Shown here: in pieces, positions 27,801-39,627 of the stretch
Layout of the letters: the number at the start of each line of letters is the position of its first letter
How positions within the stretch are numbered: the stretch's first letter is position 1
Assembly: GCF_009834535.1 (NCBI RefSeq)
Contig: NC_045696.1
Coordinates: 116,748,001 to 116,812,000 of the forward strand
Source: Camelus ferus
Lineage: Eukaryota
Reading direction: 5' to 3'
Length of the DNA: 64,000 bases
The notes under the pieces: model-generated
Databases searched by the model: none
The model's input: only the letters and a program-made list of their open reading frames with translations
What the model was told of the DNA's origin: nothing
Made by a program: the position numbers and the translations under genes

Positions 27801-28033
27801 CGGTATGTTAGATATGAAAGTTGTTAAGAGAATAAATCCTAGTGTTTCCATTACAAGGAAAAAATCTTTTTCTATTTCTTTGACTTCATATCTATTTGAG
27901 ATGATGGATGATCACTAAACTTACTGTGAGAGTCATTTCAGAATGCACATAAGTCAGATCATTATGGTACTGTATATCCTAAACTTATACAGTGCTGTAT
28001 GTCAATTATATTTCAATAAAACTGGAAGAAAAA
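21890..28033 (+). mobile_element. Near-full-length, defective LINE-1 (5'UTR, ORF1, ORF2, 3'UTR), antisense to KCNH8
   Basis: GC-richer 5'UTR, ORF1 remnants about 22950-23808, and ORF2 remnants: endonuclease C-terminal part, RT motif LFADDMILY at 25621, WIGRINIVKM..LPKAIY, PTEWEKI. The 3'UTR ends in AATAAA. Many stops and frameshifts. Degenerate flanking direct repeat aaggaaagcctatagg / aaggaagccccatgg. Confidence 0.95.
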
Positions 28034-28475
28034 AGGAAGCCCCATGGTGAATGTCTTTGATGTCAGAAAATACTTCAGTAATATGAAAAACCATCCAGGA
28101 AAATATAAGCTTATGAAATCAGACTTAGATGTGTGTATAAAGATGAGTTTATGTGGACAGAGAGAAGAGAGAAAGGATTAAAGGATGCATAATTACAGCA
28201 ATAATTCCAAATGGTGTTTTAAATTGGTGTGGAGGAATCATGCTGTAACAGGGTTTAGCTAGGCAAGAATGCAGCCACAGTTAACACTTATTGAGTGCTT
28301 CTTGTGTTCCAGGCACACTATTAGGGCGGCACATCTTCCATCTCATTTATATGTAATAATCCTATAGAATAGGTCAATTATCCATATTTTGATTTATTAT
28401 TTTATTAATCATTACAAAAGCTTAGAAATTATCATCACCATTAAAAGAATTTTGGAAGGAGGAGGTCATTAAGTC

Positions 28476-28582
28476 CATTTAATTGTTTATTATCATTTTT
28501 TTTTAAATGGAGGTACTGGGGATTAAACCCAGGACCTCGTGCATGCTAAGCACGCGCTCTACCATTTGAGCTATACCCCCCC
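28476..28582 (-). mobile_element. tRNA-Ala-derived SINE (Vic-1-like) inserted in a MIR
   Basis: Reverse complement is gggggtatagctcaaatggtagagcgcgtgcttagcatgcacgaggtcctgggtttaatccccagtacctcca plus an A-rich tail. Confidence 0.9.
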
Positions 28583-28825
28583 ACTCCCATTTTTAAAGAT
28601 GAGAAAACCAAGGCTCAGAGAGATTAAATAACTTGTTCAAAATGGCAGAGTCAGGATTTCAATCCAGATCCATGTGGTGTTAAAAGCCCAGGTTCCTGTC
28701 TGCTGTGCCGCAGTGCTCACACGCTGTGTGTAGAGCCCCAGGGCACTGGTGTTGCAGCATGGCCAGGTGCCTTTATAAGCAAGTTACCATTTTTATTATG
28801 GTATGCATACATAGTGGAGAAAGAA

Positions 28826-29260
28826 ACAGTCTTGGTTAAGGCTCCCCAGAAGCAGAGAAGCCTTTAAGGATACGTACATTTTTTGTGTTGGGTCCAGCAA
28901 ATATCTTTAGGAGACAGTGAGGAAGAGACCCAGAGAAAGGGAGGCACAATGAAGTAGCAGGCCTTCAGGAAAGTTACCATGACAGGCAGTTGGGGCTTAA
29001 TCCCACTGGGAACCTCAGGGTAGAACACACACCCTGGTTAGAGCAGGGCACGATGTGCACCATCCATCATCAGCCGTCCATCAGCCGCCGCTGATTGACG
29101 ACTGCCCCTAGGGAGAACTAATCCCCCACAATGCCAAGCCTGCAAGCAGAAGAGCCTTCCACAGAGGTGGGTCAATTCCTCAGGCAAACAGATCAGACCC
29201 CAAGGATGAGAATCAGACAGATTCAGGGGACGGGACGAAATACCAACAACATTTGCGACA
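28826..29260 (-). mobile_element. Ancient MaLR LTR (MLT1I/J-like)
   Basis: gtcttggttaaggctccccagaagcaga...ggggcttaatcccactggg...aagagccttc...ccaacaacatttgcgaca. Confidence 0.6.
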
Positions 29261-29345
29261 GCAGCCAGCATTTACTCAATGCCAAGTGTATCTCGCTAGG
29301 CTTTTTCATATAACATTATTTCATCCAATGCTATGTGAGCTCTGC

Positions 29346-29506
29346 TTTTTAATTTTTTTAATTTTTATTATTTGGGGGGGGTAGGAGGAGGTAATTAGGC
29401 TTATTTATTTATTTTATTTTACTTTTAATAGAGGTACTGGGGATTGAACCCAGGATCTCATATACATGTGCTAGGCAGGCACTCTACCACTGAGCTATAC
29501 CCTCCC
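29346..29506 (-). mobile_element. tRNA-Ala-derived SINE (Vic-1-like)
   Basis: gaggtactggggattgaacccagg...ctctaccactgagctataccctccc; TSD agctctgc at 29338-29345 and 29507-29514. Confidence 0.9.
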
Positions 29507-29914
29507 AGCTCTGCATTTTTGTTTTTAAACTGATAGAGCCCCAACAAAGAAGCTGAGCAATTTTCTCTCTTCTTTTAGGAACTGTTAGAATTGAGAGACA
29601 AATCCATACTGACTTAAGCATCCATGATCTTTTCTTTTCTTTCCTTTTTTTCATGACCTTTCTGCTGTATGACACGGCTTCTAAAGAGGTAATCGTTTAA
29701 AGTTACCATTTAATTGTGCTTATTGACACCATTACTAGCTAAGCTTACATTTCCAACGCCCATTTTTGCTTAGTGTGGGGGAATGTGTCCCAAAACAAAA
29801 TAAATTAAAAGACAAATCGTATTAGAGAAAACAAAAGAAAAACCCAAACATAATTCGCAGTGTAGACACGGGATAATGTGGTGCTTAGGACCTGAAGAGT
29901 ACTTGAAAAGTGAA

Positions 29915-30062
29915 CAAGGTCCTACTGTCTAGCACAGGGAACTATATTCAATATCTTGTAATAACCTATAATGAAAAAGAATGCATATATGTTTAACCGA
30001 ATCACTATGGTGTACACCAGGAACTAACACAACATTGTAAATCAACTCTAATTAAAAAAAAA
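29915..30062 (+). mobile_element. LINE-1 extreme 3' fragment
   Basis: aacaaggtcctactgtctagcacagggaactatattcaatatcttg followed by an A tail; flanked by aaagtga(a/t)caag repeats. Confidence 0.85.
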
Positions 30063-31339
30063 TGAAAGTGATCAAGAAGTTTCTAACATAATTTTCAAGC
30101 ACAGAAAATACTATATTTAACATTTGCTTCCCCTCCCTCCATATGTAACTCCCAGTTTGAACAGGAACTCCATTATTTGGCATTTCCACGAATCCCATTC
30201 TGTGAGTCTCACAAACTAAGAGGAGACTTACACTTTTGAAGTGGTATAACCTACTTTTAAGGCAAAAGTCTGAAGCAAAAAGAATTAATCATAAAACATA
30301 AATCATAATCATGAAATAGGGTCCTATAACGTTTCTCCACAAATGGTTGCTTTTGTAATTTTTTAAGCCCAATGCTTGTATAATAATCCATGATTTTGTG
30401 AATTTATCTTTTATTTGTTTTTAATTATTTGAATGATGACCCATGAACAAATCCTGACGGAATAAGGACGGAAGGTTTTTACATTCTGATGCATGTAACA
30501 CTTCTGCTTTATTTCCACTGCTGAATAATTTTTTTTGGAGCAAGAAATGTTATATGCTATTAGTACCGCCAAAAAAAAAAATTGTCCCACTTGTGCTAAA
30601 GCTAGTCCAGAGTTTGCCAGTTCTCTAAAGTCCACTTAAATTTGAAGTTGGTATAACAGAAACTTGCTAAATATTGATAACTCAGATAGAGCATTTCATT
30701 AAGCAATGGCTAGCTGAAATAGTATGCACTATTGCAAACCACCAAAATAGGCCATCATCACATGTATCAGAAAACCAAAACCAAAACCAACCAAGCAAAA
30801 GCACCTTAGAGAGAATGAAAAATGTGAAACAAGCTGAAACCGCAGTTGAGCAGCTACTGTAAGGTTTTCTGAAGGATCCTAAGAAGAGGCAGAACAGGCC
30901 ATCTGTTCCCAGCCAGCTGGGGCACTTCCAAATGCCTCTCAAATCTCAGCTAAAAATAGAGGGAATTCGAACAAAGACTGGGCTCATGGCTAAGTTAGCA
31001 GAACATTAACTATGAACTATTTGCACTTAGCCTTCTGACATAAAATGCTCATACAACTCACGGTGCTTTCTGATCTGTGCCTCAACGTGGACATGTTTCC
31101 CTGAGTAATTGCCTTGGTATTTCTCATAGATTAACGAGTTTGTGGGACATATATTCATGCCCGAGTTCAGAGTATCATTTAAGACTTGTCATTCCGTAAG
31201 AAAATTCTAACCCCAAACATTTCATCATATGTGCCCACATGAGGACAAAAACTTGTTTCAGGAAGATAATTTAGCATAAAAGTAATTGAATCCAGACAAA
31301 TTATTTCATTTTATTGGTATGCTAGTTTATTTTCTCATT

Positions 31340-31476
31340 AAAAAAATTTTTTTTTGGCAGGGAGGTAATTCAGTTTATTTATTTATTATTTCGTTTTTAA
31401 TGGAGGTACCAGGAATTGAACCCAGGGCTTTGTGCATGCTAAGCACACACTCTACCACTGAGCTATACCCTCCCCC
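31340..31476 (-). mobile_element. tRNA-Ala-derived SINE (Vic-1-like)
   Basis: tggaggtaccaggaattgaacccagggc...ccactgagctataccctcccc; imperfect TSD ttta(t/c)tttct(c/t)att. Confidence 0.9.
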
Positions 31477-31811
31477 TTTACTTTCTTATTATCTGCCCCC
31501 AATTTCCTTCTTGTCCTCTCTTTTGTCTCAAAAGTTCAGAGTTGGTGCAAACCTAGGGAAAAAAGATGAATCAACACATCCCATGTTCACAGACCATTTC
31601 TCAGTTGGTTTTCATAGTTGCCTGATAGAAAGATAAGGCTTTGGCATCTTCTAAAGAGGAATCTCGAGTTTCTCTGGTTTGCAGAACTTCAAATTAAAAT
31701 TCTGATTACATTTCTTCCATATACATTAGAGGGAAATACAATTCCTAACATCTCAATTCTAAAAGTAACTCTAAATTAGACCACATAATATGCTGGAATG
31801 TTATATTTGAA

Positions 31812-32459
31812 TACCCGATATGACCCAGCAATCCCATTCCTGGGCATATATCCAGAGAAAACTGTAATTCAAAAACACACGCACCCCAGCATTCACAGCA
31901 GCACTATACAACAGTCAAAATATGGAAACAACCTAAATGTCCACTGACAAATGAATGGATCAAGAAGATGTGATAGAGATACAGAATGGAATATTTGTCA
32001 GTCATGAAAAAGAATGAAATGATGCCATTTGCAGCAATGTGGATGAACCTGGAGATTATCATACTAAGTGAAGGAAGTCAGACAGAGAAAGACAAATATC
32101 TTATATCACTTATATGTGGAATCTTAAAAAATATAAATTTTATTTACAAACGAGAAATAGACTCATGGTTGTAGAAAACAAACTGTAGTAACTCCCGGAG
32201 GAGTGGGGGAAGGGTGAGGGATACATTAGGAGTTTGGGATTAATAGATATAGATCACTATATATAAAATAGATAAACAGCAAGGACCTATTGTATAACAC
32301 AGGGAACTATATTCAATTTCTTACAATGAACCGTAATGGAAAAGGAGCTGAAAAAATATATATGTACGTACGTATACGTATAACTGAATCGCTTTGCTGT
32401 ATACCTGAAACTAACATTGTAAATCAACTACACTTCAAAAAAAATAAGAATTAAAAAAA
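31812..32459 (+). mobile_element. LINE-1 3' fragment (ORF2 end and 3'UTR)
   Basis: tatgacccagcaatcccattcctgggcatatatcc; MPFAA.WMNLEIIILSE.SQTEKDKY; typical 3'UTR and A-rich tail. Confidence 0.9.
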
Positions 32460-32989
32460 GAATCCTCTGGATTTTATTTACCTTCACGTATTGAAACTGT
32501 TCTAAAGACATCTTCTTCAAGTTTCCAGGAAATGCCTGAGACTCAAAAGGAAACTGCCACTTTGAGGTGTCAGCTTTTGTTTCCCTTTAAAAGAGCTGAT
32601 TCTGAGTCATATGTCTAGTAACACATTTAAAAACATGTAACTAACTCTACGTGATGGCTTTCTGGGGTGTGAAACACAGTTAAGTCATGGGAGCTTGTGT
32701 GACCATTTCAAAAGTAAGTTATTAGCTAGCAGGTGGCCCAGTGATTGGACTTGAAGTAAACACAGCGCAGTGTGGGTTGTGTCAGAGAGATCCAAAGGGT
32801 GACGTGGACATTTTTAAAAATGAGAAGTAGACAGAATGCAGAGAGGCAACACATAGAGGAACGAGAAACACAGGAAGAACACAGAAAAGAAATATCACTA
32901 TAGAGAAGGGTGTCAGACCAGATAGGGCAGTAAAGCTTGAAAGCCCCAAAGGCAAAGCAATGCAGCATCTCCAAGAACTTCGGAAAGCT

Positions 32990-33205
32990 TGTCTTGGAAT
33001 TATACTGCCTGACCTTGTCGCGGCTTAGTTCTGCCACTTAATCAGTGCGCAACGTTGGGGAAGATACTTATCGTCTCCTGAGGAGCCTAGTTTCGCCCTT
33101 TGTAAAACGGAGACCACGGCAGTAACTCATCTCACAGGCTGTCGTGAGGTTAAGGAACGCCACTCACATCAAGTGCTTAGCAGAGGACAGCGTGACACAC
33201 AGCAA
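32990..33205 (+). mobile_element. MIR SINE
   Basis: ttctgccactta...ttggggaagatactta...gcctagtttc...tgtaaaacggag...cacaggctgtcgtgagg...aagtgcttagcaga. Confidence 0.7.
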
Positions 33206-33794
33206 GCGTAGACCAAAAGCTACTCTGATTGTTGCCGCTGTTGTTGGAAAGGATGAAGGCTTTCTGTTTTATTGAAAATGATGGGAGACTTTGAAAATCT
33301 TTCATTACTGAAAACCTGTATAAAGTATGAATCCAGAATCCTATTTCCACAGGTAGAAAATAAGAGCACAGTGGTAGAAGTAAAGTACACAATCACACCA
33401 TTCTTGGAAATCAAGGACCTTGCGTCATTCATTATTACAAATGCCACTTTCCATTATGAGATTCTGAAGACATGAAATGGATAGGATACAGGCTTGTATT
33501 TCAGAATATTTCCTGGTGTCCGTCTGATTTCCTGTTACCTGACTGGTTCTGGTTAAAATAGCAGTAACTTGCAATATTCTTATTTGTGCGCTTGTGTGGA
33601 GAACACACATGTATCACCCAATGTGCTGAATACATAGTCTTTAACTTAATCCTATGTGGTAAAATTTACTTTCTTACAACCAAGCCAAGTATTTCGATAT
33701 GAAATGTTGATATTAAAATATTGGTACTTAGAAAGATTAAAGTAAAACAGGACCAAGGCTTTGAATCTGTTTGTCTGAGTTCAAAGTATTTCTA

Positions 33795-34240
33795 CTTTAT
33801 TTCTTAAAAAACAAAGCCACACTTTTATTTATTCACCTTTCAATACGTTTAAATCCTCAAGGGGTACAGCATCACCTGGATTCTGTGTCCAATGGCCTCA
33901 GCAGGAAGGTTGCTTCGGAATTTGGCACAAACCATGCCACTGTTTCCAGGAGTGCGGGTTACCTTCCTCCAGATTACCCGGGTTTTGTTCGGTTTTCCAC
34001 CAGGAGTTATTGTGTTAGTCTTTGCTTTGTACATGTAAGCATATCTCTTGCCTAGGCAGAATTCAGTTTCATCTTGAGCATAAACATCTTCAGTTTTGAG
34101 AAGAGCTGTGTGTTCCCTCTGGTTCTGGACACTCTGCTTATTGTCAGCAAAACTGGCCTTGGACCACGGCCTCCCAGACACATTGTTTTAGAAGTCCTGC
34201 TCCCAGCAGAACTCCAGTCTCCAGGAAGGCTGCAAGAGCA
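33795..34240 (-). pseudogene. RPL35A: Processed pseudogene of 60S ribosomal protein L35a (eL33)
   Basis: Intronless 110-codon frame 33849-34181 (MSGR.WSKA...[10 protein letters not shown]...[11 protein letters not shown]...[21 protein letters not shown]) colinear with RPL35A. About 23 residues differ from the recalled mammalian protein and the start codon is GTG. It has a 5'UTR-like leader (ctgctgggagcaggacttctaaaa), a short 3'UTR with AATAAA and a decayed A-rich tail. Confidence 0.95.
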
Positions 34241-37200
34241 CAAGTCTTCACGCCTTCTAACGCACCATGCTCCCTCCTGATCCTTCTTGTCAGTCAAGGT
34301 CTTGGCATTTGCGCACTCCTGACGGGCTTCATCTCTTCCATAGAAATGGCTGCCCCAGGGGGGTTTTCTCCGTCACTGCTCTTCCCTTCCACCTGCAAGT
34401 GGAAATTTTCCACACTGTCCTCTTCGGCTTCGAGTCACCATCATTGAGGACATCTGGTCTGGAGACTTGGCGCTGTTTTCATTTTGAGCGTGGAAACTTT
34501 TGTGACATTCTTCACAAACCTCCATTCCCCAGGAGCCCTTGCTAATATTCCCAAGGGCTGCTGGCGAGAACTGATGAGTTAATGGTCTGTGTACCCAGAA
34601 GCCTGGGTAATACAAGAGCTTTTTGGAACCACAGACTGAACTCTCAGTGACTTCCCAACGCTCCTTTTTCCAGGAATAGAACTCTTTGGTTACCCTCTTG
34701 TGAACTTTGCAAGAGACTTTATATAGGTCAGACCTACACTGTGGAGAATTTAAAGACCACACAGTTTTTGTTTTTCTTACAAGAACCCACTTTCTTATGT
34801 AACTTCTTGGACTTTATGGAAAATACTGGCTAAACTAAGCATCCTGAAGCCTGCTGTAACCACTCCATTCACTGGCACCTGACTTTGACTTTTACCTACA
34901 GATGCCAACTCTGTTTACAAATGTATTATTTGACAACCATAATGCTTTTTTAAAACGGTTTTGAAACAACAGAAACCAGGGCAAAAGGCAGTTTAGTCTC
35001 CAGCTAGGCACGCACAAGCTGATTTAATGCACATTATAACCAAAGTACAGAATGCAGTTTGTTTATACATTTGCCTAAGTCTTGCCCTAACAATTTGGGA
35101 AAAAAATGTGTTTATGTTTTCTTTGGATGGTATCCTCTGAAAACCTTTCAGTTTAGTTTCTGGGAAATATGTTTCAAATTCCACATGTAGGCTTTTGTGA
35201 GTGCCACACAGGGAGAAAAAGTTGTCCAACTTTGGAACATATACAGCAGAGATGTAAGAGGCACAGCAATGGCTGGAATGAACAGGGAAGCCCCGGAGCA
35301 CCAGAACATCTTGGGGAAATGTGGCTGGAAGCAGCATCCGCTGAACTCGGCAGGGCAGAGGGAGCTGCAACGGGGCCTTTCAGGAGGAAACTAAGCACTC
35401 GGGGCCCTGGTGGACCCAGGCCTTGGTGGAGGCTGGGATTTGGCTCCAGTTCCAACAAGAGCTGAGGATCTAAGGAACCCATGATAAATCCTGTAGTCAC
35501 AGCCCCGGCTCTAAGTCTGGTGCTGAGCCCAATCTGCCTCCCCTGGTTCTCCACCCTTCAGCCCTGTTTCTACTCTCTTCTCCAACAAGAATGAGAATTT
35601 TTGCTGTAATATGCAAAAAGTGTTGAGAAATACAGTGGTCCATGCCCCAGTTCCAACCCCACCCACTCTACGAAGCCACCATTTTTAAGGTCACATGACA
35701 CCACTTGCTGAGCATGGTTTCCATTTCCTGAACATCCTGCAGACTGTCAACGTCTATCTTTGATGTTTTGTCTCAGAATTAAACAGTTATTTTATTTTAT
35801 TTTTGGTCAGCAACTGCCCCCTCATGACAATACTTCCTGACTCCTGATTGGCCTGTTCTCCCGCCCAGTTCCCAGCCAGGTGTACACTCAGACCAATTCC
35901 CTCCCCCTGTTCCTGAAATGAAGCTTCTCTTGAACCAGGAGACTAAATTATTACCTTCACTGCTTCTACCTGTCCTATCGTCTCTAAATAGCCTCTTTAA
36001 TAATTAATAACCTAATTAATTCACTCACTTAGCAATTATTTAGTGACCATTTATAATGCTTGAGATGCTGTGTGAGACATAAAGATACAGGAGGTAGGTC
36101 TTCATGACCTCGCTACTCTGTTGGGGAAGCTCTCATACAAGTATAAGGATGACCAAACTAAGGCTCCTTGGGAGAGCAATCAGAAAGGTTTTGGGTTTGT
36201 GGGATGGCTTGGACCACAGCCCCGTCACTAAGTAATAATCTAACTTCAGGTAAGCTAGTTATCTAAGTTCCAGCTTCTTCAACTAAAAAATGGAAACAAA
36301 AAAAATGCCTCTTTTGCTGTGAGGATTGAAGAAGATAATTTTGCAAAACACCTGGCACGGTGCCTGGAATATGACTGATTGCTGAAAACACTGGTTCCTT
36401 CTCACTTCTTCTGTAGTCTATCACTTTTTCACAAGTAATTATATTATTCAAAAATAAGTTAGCTTTCTAAATTGGAAGATGAGTGATCAATTAATTTTCA
36501 TCGTATATCATGTATATAACTAAACATGGTCATGTGCCAGTGGAGAAACTGTACAGAGTAAAATTTGTCATTGATCAAAAAATGATGGAAGAATAAAATC
36601 TTGAAAAAAATGAGTTCTCAATTTAAAACTTAAATATGGAAAATTGGACTTGATAGAAATATTGTCAAAAGGGAAAACTCATCCTATCTGATGTGGAATT
36701 CTATAAAAGCAACTGATGAATTAAATCTTTGGTGCAAAGTTCATGTAGAAAAGAACTCGATAAAATAATTTCCAATGCAACAAAAAAAGGGAATGGAATA
36801 AAACTGTGTAGGCTTTTGATTCTAGCAAGTACCTTCTAGATGAGAAGTCCAAAACGTTACTACCATTCTAACAAGATGGAATGTCCTTAATCACACGATG
36901 GAAATGTCCTTGGGGGTCAAAAGAGTGAGGACAGAACATCAGCAGGATTAAAAGAGGACCTTCAAAATGGCAGGATCAAAACATCTCGTATTCATCAAAA
37001 ACAATTCAGTATTTGGTCAAATAAAGATTTTTAAATTGCCTGATTGGTATCTTCGAACGTATCTGTTGACTCATAGAAAACAGACTTTGGCTAAAATAAT
37101 TCCATTGAGCTCGTCACCCAAAGATGGAATCCTTCCCTTCTAAAGAATAATAAAAAAAGTGTTTGATTCACTGATTTAAAATAATGTCAAGTTCTATTTT

Positions 37201-39330
37201 TAAACTTAGCAGTGGCAATAAACTGCTGTTGTCTCTCTCCCTTCTCTGTCTCCCTCTGGATCTTTCACACACACTCACTATGGCCGCGGTGTCCGTAAAG
37301 AATAACCACCATCACGTGCCTTGTTGATACCATTCACCAAGCACGTTCTCGACAGAGAAATCACAGAGAGTCACATACCCTCAACTGTCAACAACAACAA
37401 AAAATACTTTTAAGAATATCTAACTCTTCAGAATCCCATTATACCAAAGTATCTTTTTTTTTGGATTTTTGCAGATACACGTGCATTGCTGTGAATAAAC
37501 ATGTTTGAATGGAACATGTAAAACACTGCATGGGAGACCGGAATTGCGTATGCTCACTTAATGACAGGCTCATAATGAAAATCAGGTGCTAACTGAATCT
37601 AAAATTGTTTTGTTGGTGACTCCCAAGTGGGTCAGAAAGAGTCACCATATCCCCAAATATACCATTTCGGCCACAGGATAGCTTTGCAACCTGTAAACCT
37701 AAACCACGATAATTTAAAAAATTAATGGAATTAGCTAGCACTAAAGCATGATTTTATGGGCAGATGATAAAATTAGAAATACCGCCCTCCTTCTGTGCCT
37801 CACATTTAAAAAAGCCAACCCTGACAAAAATTCCATTTTAGGCTAGAAAGATTACTAAAAATAAGCCTCTAATCTCTGACCATCAGCAGTAGGTTTTCCG
37901 GTAAAGACTGCAGGCCATCTGGGCACTGACTTTAATACTGTAAATAAAGTTATAATTAAAATATAATTTCTTGGGAACAAGATTAGATGCTATCATCATG
38001 ATTTTAATAAAATACCACAAGTGTCAATAATAACAGTGATGATAACTAAAACCACAACTGTGGCAGTGGCAGTGGGAGCCAAGAATACATACCAAACAAT
38101 TAGCAATTGCTTTGTATCATTTAATTCTCGTGACACCTGATGACATGGCTAATCCTGTCTCTTTTATGGATAAGGAGACAGTGCCTTAGACAGGCAAGTA
38201 ACACACATGAAACTGATGCAGAGAGTAAGCAGAGGAGCCAGGCTTTGAAGTGAATCGTGAACTCACACTTAAATTAAAACTGCCACGCCACATCTTACCC
38301 TACGAGGCCAACATAGGTTCACAGTGGCTGTCCAGCCAAAAGTTGATTTTCAGTATCTTCAGAAGAGAAAAACGGATGTAGATTTTGAAAGCTACGTAGA
38401 GTCAGATGTGCATTAGCTTTTATTTCCATCTTCAATATTTCAACTGACTGAATTTTCTGGGGTCTAACTTCTGTCCATTTGATTTCAGTGCAGAGGACAC
38501 TGGCACGAACAAATACGCTAGGATACAGACCCAGCGTTTTTGAAAAGAGGGCCTTCGTAAATCATTTCCATCTTGAATGGAGTCCTGGGACTTGAGTTTC
38601 TGAGAAGTTAAATTTGGGTTTCATCTTTGTCTTTCCTGACTAATCTCAATGGAAAAAATCCGAAAATCAAGACTCTTATGTCCAAATAAAAGGACATGTT
38701 AGCAACGGGGTTTGGGCAGTGGCCTCCATGAGGTCACAGACAATGAAACATTTACATTATCTCTTCTGTCTGTGGCTAGTTGGGGGAACTCTAAATACAA
38801 AGCAAATGCCCACACATGAGCACATAACAAGAAAGGAGAGAAAAGAGGAATGGAAATTTTGATGCCAGATGTCTAATTCATTCAGATAAAATGTTTAATT
38901 ATCTTTTATTTCTTATCATATATCTTTGAGTTATGTTCATGTTGGCTAAAATCTCAAATGGGGAAAGTATTCCAGTGGACATTCTTTATAAATTCAATCC
39001 CCTTTATAAAAATGTTCACACAATTAGGATAACAAATAGAGGAAAACTTTTCATTAGCACAAGTCTATAGATTGTGAGACCAATTTCCAAAAAAACAGCA
39101 CGTGTGCTCCTTTCCACAGGAATATGCAGCTGGACTAAACCTTCTGGCAAATATCACAAAGAGAAATATTTTCTGTGTCTGTCCCTCTTGAGTTTATAAT
39201 AAAATTCCTAAAACTGTATCAGTCAGGTCACCTTCTCTGGCCTCTGCTGTCTTGGGGATTGAATCTGCACATCTCAGCCAGGACTCCAACCCATTATTTT
39301 GGTCACATCCTGCTCTTCACTTGCTCTGTC

Positions 39331-39627
39331 TAGGATGGCAAACTGGTGACCTACGGGGCTTGATCAGGCCCACAGAATATTATTTGGTTCTTACACTGTG
39401 CTTTTCAAGTTCTGAATTATTTGCCAATACTTAAATATCAGAGATTTACCCCCAAATCCCAACTCCCAACTTCTCTGGAAAAATCAGATGTGGTCACACC
39501 TGGTCTATGTTGGTGCTGGAGTTAGGTCATCGTCAACTCCCTCTGAGAAGGCTTGCCTTTGCCACTCCACCCACGGATGCTCTGCCCTCTCCTCGCTGGG
39601 GCTTCTGATTTTGCAACTCCAGCTGGT
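39331..39627. mobile_element. MER102-like hAT-Charlie element
   Basis: ggcaaactggtgacc...tgaattatttgccaa...cttctctggaaaaatcaga; ends next to gtctagaa. Confidence 0.65.

Noticed and set aside
34260..34760. Coding-looking ORFs next to the RPL35A retrocopy (possible chimeric retrogene or CR1/L3 fragment)
   Set aside because: No recognisable protein family; only a faint KSP.D-like word. A tblastx or Dfam search is needed to say more.
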